Source: Bigelowiella natans CCMP2755 (Eukaryota; Protista; Cercozoa). From it: 55,095 bases of DNA. Positions 50,247 to 55,095 of this stretch are shown one piece after another. Position 1 is the first letter of the stretch, and every line of letters starts with the position of its first letter. Under the pieces are notes generated by a model that worked only from the letters and a program-made list of their open reading frames with translations, did not search any database and was not told the origin of the DNA. A program made the position numbers and the translations under genes. Where the stretch lies: the NCBI GenBank assembly GCA_000320545.1, contig ADNK01003517.1, positions 1 through 55,095 on the forward strand, given 5' to 3'.

Positions 50247-51605
50247 CAGTGAAGGCAGCAGTTTTGATGCAATAATCAAGTCATCGTGTCATAAGTAAGC
50301 TTCTTAGCAATATTTTAAGTATGATTCTGATTTTACTTTAGAACCAATCATCTACTGTGCAAGATTATCATCTGATAGAGCTGCTTTGTACGGATGATAT
50401 TTGAGAATATATACTACTACTATTTATTTATTTATCAGGTGTTACACCCGATGGATTCGCTGCCATAAAAGTAACTGCATTAGGCAATCCAATTTTGCTA
50501 GAACGATGGTATCAAAGCAAAGTATAAGATGAAGATGATGATGATGATGATGAGTATATCCTAGTCCTACATAGTATATGATGAAACTGATAATATGATG
50601 AAGGAGATGACTTCTCCAAACTGTATTATGATAATAATCCTAAGGTCAACTGCATTACGAGAAATCTACAAACTATTTGGACGAATGGATGTTGATAAAG
50701 ATGGTAATAAAACATAAAAAAGCACACGGTTGTAGAGGAAAAACAAGAACAGAAACACATGATGCCCTCCTCCTCCTTTAAACGAAAAGAAGAAGAAGAA
50801 ACATGGAAAAGAAAGACAATAAGTTTCGAACAAGGAAATAACACATTCACTCATTTCTTCTAATGATTCATAAGAAGAGTTTTTTTCTTCTTCTTCTTCT
50901 TCTTCTTCTTCTTCTTCTTCTTCTTCCTCGGAGACAAGTAGTAGTTGTTGTAGTAAACTAGTATAGTTTCTCTTCTGCACCCTTGCTATTGATTCATTGG
51001 TGTTCTACATTGTGTAGGAATGGTGACATTTGAGGAGTTCACGAATGTATGGAACCAATTATTTGTTGGTGATTCTATGGAAATAATCATCAATGACATG
51101 TTCAAGAGGTTTGATAAGAAAGGAAAAGGTAGTACTGAATTAATAACTTACAATTCACGTCTTATTATTCAACCATTTGGGTTTTACATACGTAAGACTT
51201 ACAGACGATGAAACAACCAAATCATGCCTACTACTTTGTCTAGTACTACTACTACTACCACGAATAAAGACGAATGTTACTACTAGGTTTCATAGACCCC
51301 ATTGCATGGACAACGACACTTGATCCTCCGCTAATGAGAAGGCTTGCTGGTAGTAGTTGTAGTAGTAGTAGTGGTTGTAGTAGTGAATACTAGTTCCAAT
51401 TGTAGTAATACTGTTGGTAACGTTTTGCTGTAGTTGGTGATGGTGATGGTGATGATTATCATTATTATTATTATTATTATTATCAATATTATTATTATTA
51501 TTATTATTATTATTATCATAGTGGTTGAGGATAGTAGTATCACACACAGCTGACCATGTCTATCTTCACGAGAGATTTGAAGGAGTAGCAGTTATAATTA
51601 CCAGT

Positions 51606-51637
<32 letters not shown>

Positions 51638-52603
51638 AACGGAAATAATTTAATATTTTCGATCGATGATGTGGATACATCATAAAAGATGATGATGGAT
51701 TTATAAACAAAATTAATGGACCATTCTCCTAATTAGCGAGTTTATTGGCATGGTGGAGATTCTTATCATCATATTTTGCATTCTGTCTATTTTATCTTTT
51801 TCTTGTTGTTCTTATTTTTCTTCTTGTTCCCTTTCTCTCTCACTGCTATATTCTAAGGTTATTGCAAAAAGCAGGGATCATTTGCCCAGGCAGTTTTGAC
51901 AACCGATGAGGAGAAATTAGTTAAATCAATGCAAAGTCGTTTGAGAAGGCTAGTGGTAATACAACTACTAATTTGTTACGAACTACCTGATATTCCCCGC
52001 AAACATACTAATACCATTTATATAAATAATCATCATAATAATAATGATAATGATAATAAATAACAATGATAATGATTTATTAATCCATTTGCTGTATATT
52101 TGCCTTGGACTACATTTTGAAATTAAGTAACAAAGCATTAAAGCAATTACTCACACTGCCGTATTATCTATTAATTAGGCGTTAGCTGCTGACCTTAATG
52201 TGAGACTTATGATCGATGCGGAGCATACGTAAGAAGGACTTATAGTAGTAGTAGTAGTAGTAGTAGTAGCATATGATGGAGTAGTATTCCAAGATAAGAT
52301 CATATATTAATAACATTCTGCTGCTGCTGCTGCTGCTTGCTCAGGTACTTTCAACCAGCAATCGACAATTTAGTCCTATCTATGCAACGTGAATTCAATA
52401 AAAATACAGATTGTGTTTACCAAACCATACAATGTTACTTGAAAGACGCTAAGACACGAAATCAGCTTTTCATGGATCAAGCGAGAATCGAGAATTGGCA
52501 GTTAAGACGACGAAAAAATGATCGACACTACTCATGCTTACTTAACTTGAATGAATGTAGAAGATGATGATTCTGGGGAGAAGATCATCTCATTATTGTC
52601 TTC

Positions 52604-52639
<36 letters not shown>

Positions 52640-52851
52640 CCGGAAGAAACCTATTCCCATTTTATTGCTGCTGCATTCATTGAAAAAGTTTATGTTTACT
52701 TTTGTACCTAACCGAGATAAAAAATATATAATCGTCATTAGCATACTACTCGAGTAAAATAAATGAATGCTGCAATATGAACCAATAACATAGTAATGTT
52801 GGGAGTGTGAATATTAGCACACACTCACACACACACGCACACAGTAGAATA

Positions 52852-52898
<47 letters not shown>

Positions 52899-54226
52899 TA
52901 TATTAACATTTATCTCAGATATATGTACACATGAATAGAGAAAGAGTAAGATCGAAGGGTATATTCACGTACATCTTCCATTCCAAATATTAACTCTGGG
53001 CTACTGCCACTGGGTGTATTTGTGTGACGAATGACTTCTCAGATATGCAGTGAAGATCGTACGAGGAGCTTATATGCATCAAGAAAGAGATCGAGCGAAA
53101 GTAGTTAGTACTAGATTATGTGTAGTAGTAGTAGTAGTAGTAGCAGCAGTAGTAATCACGTGCATGGTGTATGATGAGATTATGTGAGTAGTCGTCAAAA
53201 AACTATAATCAGGTGATATTTCTATGAATAACGTTATTCGAAACGTAAATGATTTGCAAGTAGATTATTAATTGTTTCAACAACTAACTTAAAATCAACA
53301 GAAACGTGGAGAGGAAGATCCTATTCACAGCACAATCGAAGACACACACAAATGTTATGAGGAGATTATGGAAGATGTTATAAGCCGGGAAAATGTACAG
53401 GAAGGGCGGGAAAAGGTTCTAAGAAATGTTGAAAGAGACAGAAGTATTTCCATGTCGCAATTAGAAAAGAGAGAGAGAGTCGTAAACTAATGGAATGAAA
53501 AATACAAAACTTATTCGGATATTATTTAGGTCAACCTCGTCGTAGCTACTCACAACCAAAGCTCTGTGGAATGTACCATACGACTTCTACAAGAATATGG
53601 TCTAGAAAGAATGGAATCTGGGGTAACTAAGGAATGGATTTTGTGTTGAGCTGATTGATGATGATAACGACTTTGGTATGATAATATCATACGATGCTGA
53701 TTTTATAAATGAGAGAAATACTCCTGGCAAACGATAATGCTATATAGGTTGTCCGTGCTCTTAAAATGAGAATTATAAAAATATTTTATGCATCGTATCT
53801 ACGATGTGCTGATAATTCAAAAATATTTAGGTTGCTTTTGGGCAACTCTTGGGAATGTCAGATCACTTAACATATTCCCTGGGTCAAAATGGCTATAAAG
53901 TGTACAAGTATGTAAAACATTGTTCCATAAACATACACCTAAGTGAGACAGGTTCAATATTTTTCACTCATTGCTCCTCCTGTGATGGAATCTCTTATTC
54001 GACAGCAAAAACACAAAATGCTGTCATTGTAGTTCTGGGGTAGTAATTGACCACCACTGTGACTGTGTCATATTCTTCAACATTCAGATACATTCCTTAT
54101 GGTCCAATTTTAGAATGCCTTCCATATCTCATTCGTCGTGCACAAGAAAACTCAGATTTGATGGGAAGTGTTGGGTATGAACTAGGAATGCTAGCTAAGG
54201 AAATTCGAAGACGCATGATTGGGTGA
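48182..54226 (+). CDS. PRODH: Proline dehydrogenase (mitochondrial type, with EF-hand-like insert), roughly 20 exons
   Basis: Exons encode AYKNLTTSQLI; TMFGHFCGGED; GILDYAAEAD; AREYSYQTERQCDAN; GFAAIKVTALG; RMDVDKDG; LMIDAEHT-YFQPAID; YQTIQCYLKD; VKIVRGAYM..ER; VATHN; FGQLLGMSDHL; YKY-IPYGP...LPYLIRRAQENS. TGA at 54224-54226. Confidence 0.96.
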
Positions 54227-54850
54227 TCCATGCACCATGCCAACGAACATTGCGTGTGCGGCAAATGCATGCACAACACGTCAATTGCAAAGAAAAAACG
54301 CGTGAATATTGATCCAAACACTTTGTGCAATTTCAGCTGCATGCAAACCAAACATGCTCGTGCAGATCAACAGTACCAATTTGTGACTGCACGCAACGGA
54401 CATTTTTGGACATTACAAAACTTGGCAATTGACCTGCGACATTCAATGCAGTGCAAATGCGATGACCAAACCCAATGTGCACAAACTCCTGATCCACAAC
54501 AAAAACAAAAGTGCTGGGCAATCACGTGTCCATCAAATGTGACCGGGAAAATTTTGCACGCCAAGAACAAACAACTGCACAAAATCACATTCCGCCAACA
54601 ATGGAAAGACAAGACAACGCTGTGACAGCGAGAATCACGTTCAAAACATCATTCAGTGAAAAAACAGTTGTCAAAAATCGCCCAGGGTCAGAGACAGTTT
54701 GTGAATTTTGCATTAAAAATGGGCTGTGGATCAGTTTGTGGGGTTTAGGTCAGATTTTTTGGTTGGGGTCAGTTTGTGAGGTGGAGGTCAGCATCAGGGA
54801 TGGTTTGTGATATCAGGCTTAGTCAATGGAGTTTGAATCAGTTTGTGAAG

Positions 54851-55077
54851 TTAGGGTTAGGGTTAGGGTTAGGGTTAGGGTTAGGGTTAGGGTTAGGGTT
54901 AGGGTTAGGGTTAGGGTTAGGGTTAGGGTTAGGGTTAGGGTTAGGGTTAGGGTTAGGGTTAGGGTTAGGGTTAGGGTTAGGGTTAGGGTTAGGGTTAGGG
55001 TTAGGGTTAGGGTTAGGGTTAGGGTTAGGGTTAGGGTTAGGGTTAGGGTTAGGGTCAGGGTTAGGGCTAGGGTTAGG
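54851..55077 (+). repeat. (TTAGGG)n telomeric repeat array, about 38 units
   Basis: Perfect TTAGGG units with the G-strand running to the window end; distal variants TCAGGG and CTAGGG. Confidence 0.95.
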
Positions 55078-55095
55078 CGAAATGTCCTTGGGCGC

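Overview
Eukaryotic nuclear DNA ending in a (TTAGGG)n array, probably a chromosome end. It looks like an intron-rich alga with a secondary plastid (chlorarachniophyte-like, inferred from microsatellite-packed introns and a signal+transit+lumen-type presequence). Recognisable genes: phosducin-like protein, a DUF7726-like protein, a GT-B fucosyltransferase-like protein, a WW-domain protein, V-ATPase subunit a, a plastid-targeted CreA-family protein and proline dehydrogenase, plus several hypothetical genes. The most striking signal is intergenic: several 0.6-3 kb blocks are almost devoid of TpA (survivors mostly in CTAG) and rich in TG/CA, while CpG is retained and neighbouring introns are TA-rich. 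Duplicated sequences inside the window differ by TA->TG/CA, or by reciprocal TG/CA, and relic ORFs show His/Cys where Tyr would be expected. This points to a TpA-directed A:T->G:C hypermutation process (a 'reverse RIP') acting on repeats and non-genic DNA. One block contains a 1.3-kb non-autonomous DNA transposon with TIRs and a perfect 8-bp TSD. Exon boundaries and dinucleotide counts were read by eye.
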